Below are positions 1 to 8,039 of a stretch of 47,589 bases of DNA, one piece after another. The position numbers and the translations under genes were made by a program. The stretch is taken from the NCBI GenBank assembly GCA_964587205.1, contig CAZPKQ010000001.1, positions 1 through 47,589 on the forward strand, read 5' to 3'. Source of the stretch: an uncultured Candidatus Saccharibacteria bacterium. Its GTDB lineage: Bacteria; Patescibacteriota; Minisyncoccia; Phycocordibacterales; PALSA-1337. Each line of letters opens with the position of its first letter. Position 1 is the stretch's first letter. The notes beneath the pieces were generated by a model. The model did no database searches and was not told the DNA's origin. It saw only the letters and a list, made by a program, of their open reading frames with translations.

Positions 1-1139
1 CTGTGAATAGCGATAGCATACAAAGCGACCAATCTACCCCTCTCTGCAAATCGATCAAAACTAACCCTAGACAATAAATCATCAACCGACAATACATAGA
101 CAGAAATCTGTGGATACGAATCTCTAATAACTTTTACGAAACAATCATCATGCAATGAAGCCGTTACAATCACTGACATTGGAGGCTTAATCTCAAACTT
201 TTGGACAGCCAAGGTCTTTTTTAAATCAGCTAACCATTCATTTGCAATATCTTTTATTATATTTACTGTATTGTCATTTAGAGATTGATCCAACTTCTGA
301 CCAACATAAAGTGACAATAATGAATCTGCCGCCTGATAGGCATTTGAAGTCTTATCAGCCAATTTTTGGACGAAGTTTTTGACTCCGAAAGAGAATGAGC
401 CAAAGAAAATACATGATTTTTTGAGGATAATAGAAGCATCTGTTTCATTTCCATGAACATGAATAAGGCAATAATTTTGTCCTGGCTCCAAAACCTTCTC
501 AATGCCAATATACTGGAGCAATAATGAAGAATGGAAAAATATCTTATTGTGGTGAACGATATGTTTGAATTCTTCAATGAAAAACGAAACCATCTTGGAG
601 CTAGCAACCGAGACCGTAAACGATACATCGAGCGTCCTTGTAGGTTTATTTTTCCAATCAGTAACTGTGTAGCTATTTAGTTTTACATCGAAGATTTTTT
701 GTTCGATCACCTCTAGTCCTTGTCCTGATTTGAGGATTTTCTCCCGATCTTCATCGATGAGATCGTAGACGTATTTTTGACTAATAGCTGTATCCTTTTC
801 GAATTGTTTGGATATCATCTTTGCTTCAGAGACAATCCAAGGTGATGAAAGAATGTAGTGTACAGAATCAATCTTCTTTTTTATATGGCCATATTGGGAG
901 AAATTTTCACCATGATGGACAAAACGCATACAAGCTTGGACTGATTCGTGTATAGCCTTTAGGGTAGAATGAATCAGTAAATTGTCGTCTTTTTCTTCTG
1001 AATTTTTTGTCTCAACACTATGAGTAAAGATTACCTTTGGGATAGCGTCACCGACGACCAATAAGGAAGTTCGAATTATCGAGCTCTGTACGTCTAGTAT
1101 CAATACCAATTTATGATCAACTTTTTGTGACGAGAACAT
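1..1139 (-). CDS. Hypothetical protein with a weak actin-like ATPase (FtsA/PilM-like) resemblance. Its C-terminal part lies beyond the window edge.
   Basis: Absent from the supplied ORF track. I read the minus-strand frame with codons at plus positions 3-5 through 1137-1139 triplet by triplet and found no stop in 379 codons. ATG at 1139-1137. Protein reads MFSSQKVDHKLVLILDVQSS...CLIHVHGNETDASIILK... The family call rests on weak pattern memory only. Confidence 0.6.
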   Translation of the reverse strand, partial: MFSSQKVDHKLVLILDVQSSIIRTSLLVVGDAIPKVIFTHSVETKNSEEKDDNLLIHSTLKAIHESVQACMRFVHHGENFSQYGHIKKKIDSVHYILSSPWIVSEAKMISKQFEKDTAISQKYVYDLIDEDREKILKSGQGLEVIEQKIFDVKLNSYTVTDWKNKPTRTLDVSFTVSVASSKMVSFFIEEFKHIVHHNKIFFHSSLLLQYIGIEKVLEPGQNYCLIHVHGNETDASIILKKSCIFFGSFSFGVKNFVQKLADKTSNAYQAADSLLSLYVGQKLDQSLNDNTVNIIKDIANEWLADLKKTLAVQKFEIKPPMSVIVTASLHDDCFVKVIRDSYPQISVYVLSVDDLLSRVSFDRFAERGRLVALYAIAIH

Positions 1140-1241
1140 TGGGTATATTATAACAACAGACAGCCCAAAACAGAATACCCATTCTTACTAAATTTATTCG
1201 CTGAGTTTTATTGTTACATAGGTTTGACACACGATTACCGC

Positions 1242-1317
1242 GTCATTCCCGCGAAGGCGGGAATCCAGAATTACGAAAACCGAAACCGATAAGGATTCCC
1301 GCCTTCGCGGGAATGAC
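1242..1317. repeat. Perfect 25-bp inverted repeat (arms 1242-1266 and 1293-1317). Each arm is itself an ATTCCCGC-N4-GCGGGAAT hairpin.
   Basis: GTCATTCCCGCGAAGGCGGGAATCC and GGATTCCCGCCTTCGCGGGAATGAC are exact reverse complements, separated by 26 nt. Confidence 0.9.
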
Positions 1318-1435
1318 CACAAGGAACGAAGGAATGACCACAAGGAACGAAGGAATGACCACAAGGAACATGGGAATGACCACAAGAAACGAAAGAATGA
1401 TCGCAAAGAATAAGGGAATGACGACGAAAGAGCGA
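1310..1435. repeat. 21-bp tandem repeat, six units, degenerating toward the alaS side
   Basis: Units start at 1310, 1331, 1352, 1373, 1394 and 1415. The first two are the identical GGAATGACCACAAGGAACGAA. Unit 1 begins inside the right arm of the inverted repeat. Confidence 0.9.
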
Positions 1436-1448
1436 GCGAGCCGCTCTT

Positions 1449-3263
1449 TTAAACCAACACCGCCTTGATGCGCCTTACACCAGCAGAAACTGCCTCTTCT
1501 TTTTGAATTTTGAAATGCCACTTACCTTCTGGACCAGCGAGATCAAAAGTATTTGTTACATGAGGACCACCACAAAATTCTTTTGAATAAGCAGAAGAAA
1601 TATCATTACCGGTAAAGTAAATTGAAACCTCATCGCCATATTTCTCACCGAAGAAATGCTTGGCACCAGTCTTCTCCGCTTCTGCAAATGGCAAAACAAC
1701 CTTATTCATAGGCAATTTTTGATAGATTTTCTCATTTACAATATCTTCAACCCGCTTTTTCTCTTCATCAGTCATCTTTGCATCATGAGCGAAGTCGAAG
1801 CGTAAACGCTCGGCCGTAATATTTGAGCCTTTTTGCATTACATTTGGACCAAGAACATCAAATAATGCTTGGTGAAGCAAGTGTGTAGCAGTATGATATC
1901 TGACTACCATCGCATCATTTGCATCAGCAAGACCACCTTTGAATTTTTGTTCTGCACCAGCACGAGAGAGAGCTTGGTGTTGTTCAAATTTCTTTTTGAA
2001 ATCTTCTACATCAATGGTTTTTCCCTGTTCTTTTGCAAGTTCAAGAGTTAATTCTAGAGGAAAACCATAACTTGAAAATAGAGTAAAAGCATCAGTGCCT
2101 TTTTCAAACTCTTTCATACCTTGACTGAGTGTTTCTTTGAACTTCTTTTCTTCCTTCAAAATCTCTTCTTTGATCTTTTTAGAATTTGCTGATAGTTCTG
2201 GGTAAATGTCTTTGTAAATCTGCAACAAGACATCAACAATCTCACCTATTTTGCCATTTTCATTTATACCAAGTATTTGAGCATGTCTAACAGCTCTTCG
2301 TATAAGCTTACGCAAAACATAACCACGATCAGTGTTGGACGGAACAATGCCATCTGCAATCAAAAATGATGAAGCTCGAGTATGATCGGCCAAAATCCTT
2401 GCCGATTTGAGTTGATTTGAATCAAAAACATTGAGACCGGATAGTGTCTTGACCTTTGACATAACTGGACTCAAAAGATCAGTATCATAAATGTTGTCTA
2501 CCCCTTGCAAAGTCATAGTCAACCTCTCCAAACCGGCTCCAGTATCGACTGAAGGTGCGGGTAGATTGCCGATAATCTTGCCGTCTTTCTTTTCGTATTG
2601 CATGAAGACATCGTTCCAGATTTCTACAACATCTCTCTTACTATCAGCATCGATGAACTCTTGCTTTGTTATACCCCTACCACCAAAACGATTTTTGACA
2701 TCGTAGTACATCTCAGTATCTGGTCCACATGGTCCATTATCGCCAGCTTCCCACCAGTTTGAACTCGCAGGCATGAAAAAAATCCTCTCGCCCTCGATAT
2801 TATTTTTATCAAAAACAGCCTTCCAGATAGATTCGGCTTCATTATCCCTTGGAGCATTCTCATCTCCTTCAAAAACAGTTACATATAGCCTCTTTGGATC
2901 CAGTCCCAAACCTTCCTCCTTTGAAGTTAGAAATTCGTAACTCCATTTGATAGCATCTTGTTTGAAATAATCACCCAAGGACCAGTTGCCCAACATTTCA
3001 AAAAAAGTTGCATGAGTCTTGTCTCCAATATCATCTATATCGACTGTGCGAAGACATTTTTGGGAATCAGCCAAGCGCTTACCCAAAGGATGAGCCTTGC
3101 CCAATAAATATGGCACCAATGGTTGCATTCCGGCAGTATTAAAGAGTGTTGGATTTGTAATACCCTTTTCGTCAGGAGTAATGAGCGAAGCCGAAGGAAT
3201 GATGGCATGCCCCCTTTTGCGGAAAAATTCTAGAAATTTTGATCTAATTTCGTAAGATTTCAT
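1449..3263 (-). CDS. alaS: Alanine--tRNA ligase, short form without the C-Ala domain
   Basis: 604 aa. N-terminus MKSYEIRSKFLEFFRKRGH. Editing-domain motifs HTATHLLH and CGGPHV. Ends ...VSAGVRRIKAVLV right after the editing domain. TGCTAAAAT lies 6 nt upstream of the ATG. Confidence 0.95.
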   Translation of the reverse strand: MKSYEIRSKFLEFFRKRGHAIIPSASLITPDEKGITNPTLFNTAGMQPLVPYLLGKAHPLGKRLADSQKCLRTVDIDDIGDKTHATFFEMLGNWSLGDYFKQDAIKWSYEFLTSKEEGLGLDPKRLYVTVFEGDENAPRDNEAESIWKAVFDKNNIEGERIFFMPASSNWWEAGDNGPCGPDTEMYYDVKNRFGGRGITKQEFIDADSKRDVVEIWNDVFMQYEKKDGKIIGNLPAPSVDTGAGLERLTMTLQGVDNIYDTDLLSPVMSKVKTLSGLNVFDSNQLKSARILADHTRASSFLIADGIVPSNTDRGYVLRKLIRRAVRHAQILGINENGKIGEIVDVLLQIYKDIYPELSANSKKIKEEILKEEKKFKETLSQGMKEFEKGTDAFTLFSSYGFPLELTLELAKEQGKTIDVEDFKKKFEQHQALSRAGAEQKFKGGLADANDAMVVRYHTATHLLHQALFDVLGPNVMQKGSNITAERLRFDFAHDAKMTDEEKKRVEDIVNEKIYQKLPMNKVVLPFAEAEKTGAKHFFGEKYGDEVSIYFTGNDISSAYSKEFCGGPHVTNTFDLAGPEGKWHFKIQKEEAVSAGVRRIKAVLV

Positions 3264-3356
3264 ACGGCGATTTTAGCATAAATGTCGCACGAGGGCGAAT
3301 AACTGATGCTGTGTCTTAGTTCATTGAGCTGTACTACAGATGTTTGACATATGCTC

Positions 3357-3526
3357 CCCACTACGTTCGCTTATCATACTACGTTCTCTAACCGTGAACT
3401 CCGCATGACAGGTCGCGAGCTTCGTAGGGCTAGCCTTTTGCCTTTTACCTTTTGCCCTTTAACCTGCCCTACGAAGCTTTAGCGAAGTAGGGACCTTTAC
3501 CCTCTTACCTCTTACCTTATTCACCA
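3357..3526. repeat. GC-rich composite repeat (CTACGYTCGC ... GTCGCGAGCTTCGTAGGGC ... CCTTTTRCC-type run). A second copy lies at 38316-38457.
   Basis: GTCGCGAGCTTCGTAGGGC is shared with 38333-38351. Internal inverted repeat AGCTTCGTAGGGC (3418-3430) / GCCCTACGAAGCT (3466-3478). Overlaps the last ~22 codons of pepF. Confidence 0.8.
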
Positions 3527-5294
3527 ATTCCTCATTAACCAATTTTTCAAAATGATTCACTTCCTCCTCAATCGATTTTAGACCAGATTTCCAGACCTCA
3601 TCACCTCGAATATCAAGACCGATTTCTGCCAATAGATTTTCAGGTGAATCTTTGCAACCACTACTGAATAACTGCTCGATTTTGGACCAATAATTTTTGT
3701 CTTCTTTGTATTTTCTTAGTAAGGTTTTGCTGACCAATAATCCAAAGGCATATGAATAAACATAGAAGAATCTGCGAATATGACTCCAATCGACGAAGCC
3801 ATACCTAGTTTCCTTTGCAAATTTTACACTTGGACCCATATAGGCCGACATATTTGCATTATGTAATTCTCCAATCTCTTCTTTACTCAAATATCCCTTT
3901 TCTCTAATAGTATTGTGCAAATCAAGTTCAAATTTGAAACAAGCCACCTGCCTCATAATTGTCGCTATGTTATTTGATATCCTGTCATGTAAGGCAATCA
4001 GCTTTTCTTTTTGAGAAAATTCTTTCTCTACATATTCTCTTGAATAATTTTCAAAAAATGTACTTGCCGTCTCTGCCAAGGCTGTAGAATAACCTGAATA
4101 AAGAGGTTTCTGTTTTCTTGATAAATAAGTATGGATAGCATGGCCCATTTCATGAGCAAGAGTGCTAAAAGCATAATATTTATCATTGTGATTTAGCAAA
4201 ATGAAAGTTGGTTCAACATGACCAGATCGACAATATGCACCACCTTGTTTGCCTTGTCTGGCATGGACATCGATCTGACCATTTGCCACATAATCATTTA
4301 GCAACTTTGAAAATCTTGGGTCTATTGTGTTGAATATTTCAGTAAGTTTGGTAACAGAATAGTCGAAATCAAATCTCCTATTGATCTTGCCAATATCGAC
4401 ACCTCTATCCCAATAATTTAATTTCTTTTGACCAAGCAATTTGGCTTTTAACTTGTAAAATTTGTGGGAAATCTTATATGCGTCAGTAACCGCTTTTATC
4501 AGACTTTCTATTGTTTTACTTTCATTTTCATACTCTCTTACTGTTGCATCATAAGGCTTATCGTACTTCCTCAGATTGTCGTTAATTTTTTTGTTTGTAA
4601 CGATAGCATTGATTTCTGCTTCGGCGAAATCTCCAGCTTTTTCGAGAGCTCTATAGATTTCTAAGGCTAATTTTTCTCTCCGCTTCAAATCGGTCATCTT
4701 TGAAATGATCTGACTCGCTTCATTTGCGTCATAAACCTTACCTTTCCAATTTAATTTGACTGTAGAATAGGCTTTCTTCGCCATATCTACCCACATACCG
4801 TGAGCAGGCAGTTTCTTGAGAGACATTATATTTTCCTCTGCTGGACTAAGTCGATGTTTATTTTCAAATATTCTTTTTAGGAAATAGTGGTGCGAAGCAA
4901 AGCTTTTATCATTCAATATTTCCTTTTGAACATTGCTTTCAATCTTGGACAAACCATCTCTAAAAAAGATAAGTTTCCTGTCGAAATCATTTAATCTCTC
5001 CAAGATCTTATTTTTCTTGGCTCTAATTTTATTGTCTGTAAGATTTATATCGGCAAGACAATAGTAATATGTTACAACCTTCATTGATTCCAATGTATCG
5101 AGCAAAGTGTCGTAATCCTTTAGAACCTCAAACACACTTTCTTTTGTTTTCGTAAATTCCAAAGGAACCTTGTCGTATTTGCTTACAAATTTTGTAATAG
5201 AATTTTCTATAACCTTTATATCAGATTCTATTCTTGGATCATTTATTGATTTGTAAATAATGGTTAGGTCCCATGTAGTTTTGCTTTTTTTCAT
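3459..5294 (-). CDS. pepF: M3-family oligoendopeptidase F-like metallopeptidase
   Basis: 611 aa with a HEMGH zinc motif and PepF-like length. The C-terminal tail ...KVRGKRVKVPTSLKLRRAG is encoded by the GC-rich repeat. TGCTAGAAT lies 6 nt upstream of the ATG. Confidence 0.8.
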   Translation of the reverse strand: MKKSKTTWDLTIIYKSINDPRIESDIKVIENSITKFVSKYDKVPLEFTKTKESVFEVLKDYDTLLDTLESMKVVTYYYCLADINLTDNKIRAKKNKILERLNDFDRKLIFFRDGLSKIESNVQKEILNDKSFASHHYFLKRIFENKHRLSPAEENIMSLKKLPAHGMWVDMAKKAYSTVKLNWKGKVYDANEASQIISKMTDLKRREKLALEIYRALEKAGDFAEAEINAIVTNKKINDNLRKYDKPYDATVREYENESKTIESLIKAVTDAYKISHKFYKLKAKLLGQKKLNYWDRGVDIGKINRRFDFDYSVTKLTEIFNTIDPRFSKLLNDYVANGQIDVHARQGKQGGAYCRSGHVEPTFILLNHNDKYYAFSTLAHEMGHAIHTYLSRKQKPLYSGYSTALAETASTFFENYSREYVEKEFSQKEKLIALHDRISNNIATIMRQVACFKFELDLHNTIREKGYLSKEEIGELHNANMSAYMGPSVKFAKETRYGFVDWSHIRRFFYVYSYAFGLLVSKTLLRKYKEDKNYWSKIEQLFSSGCKDSPENLLAEIGLDIRGDEVWKSGLKSIEEEVNHFEKLVNEELVNKVRGKRVKVPTSLKLRRAG

Positions 5295-5344
5295 TTTGCG
5301 ATTCTAGCATATTAAATTTATTTGTTGAACCTCACTGACACTTT

Positions 5345-5468
5345 CCCAAAGGAAGTTGTATACTTTCTTCGAGGCCGCAAAAATGTTGCAACATTTTTGC
5401 TTAATCCTCGAAATTTTTTGCTAAAAATTTCTGCGGAGCCTCTCAGAAAATATACAACTTCCTTTGGG
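5345..5468. repeat. Nested palindromic intergenic element
   Basis: Perfect 18-bp outer inverted repeat CCCAAAGGAAGTTGTATA (5345-5362) / TATACAACTTCCTTTGGG (5451-5468). Inner hairpins are TTCGAGG...CCTCGAA and GCAAAAATGTTGCAACATTTTTGC. Shares TTCTTCGAGGCCGCAAAAA with 39865-39883. Confidence 0.85.
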
Positions 5469-5597
5469 TCTATATCAAAACTTATCAAACCAGATAATTG
5501 AATCAATTTTATGCAAATTTTTTAAATATGTACAAAACATAACTTTTGTTGTAGTATGTGCAAGGAACAGCAGTTGACCGATTACCGAGGAGGTAGC

Positions 5598-5885
5598 GTG
5601 ACGCGAAAACTTGTTCAACATCTAACCGAAAATCACAAACACTGGAATGTCACAATTTCAGAAGACGGATTGATTTCTGTTGAGTGTAGTCAATGCAAGA
5701 TTACGCCCAATGCAATCAAAGAAGCAGTTCACGGCTTTATCAGTACATACGGCCTGAGTAGGTTGGAAGATGAGGATTGTCCGATCGCTGGAATCGTACT
5801 CACTTCAGAGGAATATCCACCCACGTTGCTGCAAGCAACAATGTACAATAGGGCATATGCAACCATCAGAGTTGCTGTGACCTGA
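5598..5885 (+). CDS. Hypothetical small protein, GC-shifted orphan
   Basis: GTG at 5598 is preceded by GAGGAGG (5587-5593). An in-frame ATG at 5556 is the alternative start. An intrinsic terminator follows immediately. No family recognised. Confidence 0.5.
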   Translation: MTRKLVQHLTENHKHWNVTISEDGLISVECSQCKITPNAIKEAVHGFISTYGLSRLEDEDCPIAGIVLTSEEYPPTLLQATMYNRAYATIRVAVT

Positions 5886-5890
5886 AACGC

Positions 5891-5923
5891 GCCGAACCGC
5901 ACAATGGTTCGGCATGTTTTTTT
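5891..5923 (+). terminator. Intrinsic terminator
   Basis: GCCGAACC (5891-5898) pairs with GGTTCGGC (5906-5913), followed by seven T (5917-5923). Confidence 0.8.
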
Positions 5924-6025
5924 ATTTTAATCAATATTTGATAGTTGTGATTTATATGCTAGACTGGGTTTTCAGAACGCAGCTCAAAACAAAATAGAAA
6001 CCAAGTGGAGAAATAGGAGATAAAT

Positions 6026-6349
6026 ATGCAAGAATTTGCAGCTTTTCTTCAGGAAATACTGAAAAAAATTGACAGCAGAGTCGAGGTGATGGACCAAGAT
6101 GATCACCACCTACTCATCGAGGTTTGGTCTTCTAAAGACTTATGCCTGCACGGTGGAGTATCCGAAAGGATTATAATTCCTTTCCTAACCCGATTCGCTC
6201 TGTTCACGACACGATGCGAACTCGAGGAAATACTAACAATAATTGTCACCAGTCTTTGTTCAGATCGTAGCTACCTAATCTCCACAAGACAAAGGAAGCG
6301 CAAAAAATCCTTTTGTCTGAGAATTTCAATAACCGCAGTCCAACCGTGA
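6026..6349 (+). CDS. Hypothetical small protein, orphan
   Basis: ATG at 6026 with AGGAG (6015-6019) 6 nt upstream. Followed by a terminator with the same stem sequence as the previous gene. No family recognised. Confidence 0.5.
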   Translation: MQEFAAFLQEILKKIDSRVEVMDQDDHHLLIEVWSSKDLCLHGGVSERIIIPFLTRFALFTTRCELEEILTIIVTSLCSDRSYLISTRQRKRKKSFCLRISITAVQP

Positions 6350-6378
6350 AGAATTCTGGGCGAAAACAGGCCAAACAC

Positions 6379-6408
6379 ATGCCGAACCAAGGTTCGGCAT
6401 TGTCTTTT
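6379..6408 (+). terminator. Intrinsic terminator, stem related to 5891-5913
   Basis: ATGCCGAACC / GGTTCGGCAT palindrome followed by TGTCTTTT. Confidence 0.7.
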
Positions 6409-6446
6409 CATTCAATTACATATGTGTCACATATGTCATGCATAAG

Positions 6447-7040
6447 TCACACATATGCAGATAAAATCTCAAAATCTTTTTTTAGATTTGGTAAATTGTG
6501 GGGATTATAAACTGCGACACAGGGATGATACAAAGCGACAATTTTGATTGGACCATAACTTGCCTTGGCCTCATAGGCTTTGCCATGAGCTTTGCCTATC
6601 GCTTCCAACTCTGTTTGCTTACCAAATTTATTCATAATATAAACCATAGCATAACGACCCAGTGTAACAATAATCTTTGGCTGGATTATCTCAATCTGCT
6701 CATCAAGAAATGGACCATAAACTCTTATCTCCTCGGTACTTGGATCACGATTTTCTGGCGGTCGATCTTTGACTATATTTGTAATATAAATAGATGAGCG
6801 TTCGAGTCCTACATGCTTCAACAATTCATCCAGCACTTTGCCCGCTGCCCCACAAAAAGGTCTGCCGGTCTTGGCTTCATTTCTTCCTGGCGCTTCACCG
6901 ATCATCACGATATCTGCATCATGACTTCCCTCGCCGATCACTGGGAAATAGGCATTACTTGTCCTGTATTCATAAAGCGGAGACTCCTTTAGATTCAAAA
7001 TTTTATCCCTTATAATTTTTAGTTTATCGGTCTTTGTCAT
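6447..7040 (-). CDS. udg: Uracil-DNA glycosylase, family 4
   Basis: 197 aa with GEAPGRNEAKTGRPFCGAAGKVLDELL, typical of family-4 UDG. Confidence 0.9.
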   Translation of the reverse strand: MTKTDKLKIIRDKILNLKESPLYEYRTSNAYFPVIGEGSHDADIVMIGEAPGRNEAKTGRPFCGAAGKVLDELLKHVGLERSSIYITNIVKDRPPENRDPSTEEIRVYGPFLDEQIEIIQPKIIVTLGRYAMVYIMNKFGKQTELEAIGKAHGKAYEAKASYGPIKIVALYHPCVAVYNPHNLPNLKKDFEILSAYV

Positions 7041-7046
7041 ATTGTA

Positions 7047-7892
7047 CTACTTGGCTTGTTCGATTACCACTTGAGCTTCCGTAAGGATCTTTTCATGATC
7101 TTCCATCTTGATACCTATTCTCTGAAGTGCTTCTGGATGACCGACAAGATCAAGACAAACCACAATATCCATATTTGCTAATTCCTTCTTTTGATCGCGA
7201 GTAAGAGTAGTAAGACAAGCGATCGGTTGCAAACTATTTGCAAAAATCAGATCATGCAAATTGCCCTTTTCTGGATAATTCCAACCAAGTAATTTCATTG
7301 TATTACATTCACCGTATTGGATTGCTTTGTCGGTAAATTTTGTATTTGTAACCAACCACCTTTCGGTCAACTTTCTTTTTACACCGCCGTATTCGTATTC
7401 ATTGAATTGGATATCATCGTATCTAGCTTTGACATAAAGACTTACCTTGAGATCTGATTTCAGACCAAATTCATTGTGATATTTGGCTTCTACCATTGCT
7501 AGATCCAGACCTTTCCAAGCAACTACATCTACTTCATGTTCTACACACTTACCTATCACTGTCTGATCAGTCACACTTTCATAGCCCCACATTTTGAACA
7601 ATCTAGCTACAAATTTCTCAAATGGAAAACCATCAGGACCAAGCTCAACCATCGCTCTTCTGATAGAATACTTGGCTGCAATTTTTGTGGAATGTTTGCG
7701 CAACAATTCGAAAGCACGATTGTAAATCTCCGAGGTCGTCATACCATCATGAATCTCTCTTCCGATCTCATCGACAACATCGTCTATGGTCTCATCTGTC
7801 GCACCGACACGCTTCAATGAACTAACCAACTTCTCTTCTTCAAATAATTGTTTCGTTCCGTCAGACTTTGTAATTGTAATAAGGTGATTCAT
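7047..7892 (-). CDS. ATP-cone domain fused to a PD-(D/E)xK (Mrr-like) nuclease domain
   Basis: N-terminal ITITKSDGTKQLFEEEKLVSSLKRVG...SEIYNRAFELLRK is an ATP-cone pattern. C-terminal EVDVVAW...AMVEAKY fits D...ExK. I prefer the ATG at 7892; the track start at 7907 is GTG. Confidence 0.75.
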   Translation of the reverse strand: MNHLITITKSDGTKQLFEEEKLVSSLKRVGATDETIDDVVDEIGREIHDGMTTSEIYNRAFELLRKHSTKIAAKYSIRRAMVELGPDGFPFEKFVARLFKMWGYESVTDQTVIGKCVEHEVDVVAWKGLDLAMVEAKYHNEFGLKSDLKVSLYVKARYDDIQFNEYEYGGVKRKLTERWLVTNTKFTDKAIQYGECNTMKLLGWNYPEKGNLHDLIFANSLQPIACLTTLTRDQKKELANMDIVVCLDLVGHPEALQRIGIKMEDHEKILTEAQVVIEQAK

Positions 7893-7897
7893 TCTAG

Positions 7898-7925
7898 AAT
7901 TAGCCACTAGTAATTAGCCACTAGT
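7898..7925. repeat. Perfect 14-bp tandem duplication directly upstream of the ATP-cone/nuclease gene
   Basis: AATTAGCCACTAGT at 7898-7911 and again at 7912-7925. Each unit contains the ACTAGT palindrome. Confidence 0.9.
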
Positions 7926-8039
7926 GAATAACATTATTTTACAGGAAAAATATGTAAGAGAACAGTAACTTTTCCCGTATGAAGAAGGTTAAATTCTCAC
8001 TATTGACCAAATTCAATTTTTAAGCAATTATTGTACCGG

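Noticed and set aside
1310-1435. Possible CRISPR array
   Set aside because: The units are directly abutting 21-mers with no unique spacers, and they decay in sequence. No cas genes are present in the window.
1211-1521. Track ORFs 1194-1406(-), 1211-1468(+) and 1243-1521(-), with repetitive translations such as MTTRNEGMTTRNEG and VVIPSFLVVIPSFL
   Set aside because: They are simply translations of the 21-bp tandem repeat and the ATTCCCGC hairpins in different frames. They overlap each other and the alaS 3' end, and none has start signals.
5318-5506. 62-aa minus-strand ORF
   Set aside because: It lies entirely within the nested palindromic element, so its translation is an artefact of the inverted repeats.
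6409-6460. Cluster of CATATG-containing short inverted repeats after the second orphan gene, with a related CATATGTGAC motif at 38293-38308
   Set aside because: The repeats are short, AT-rich and imperfect. I could not distinguish them from chance or from ordinary -10-like sequence.
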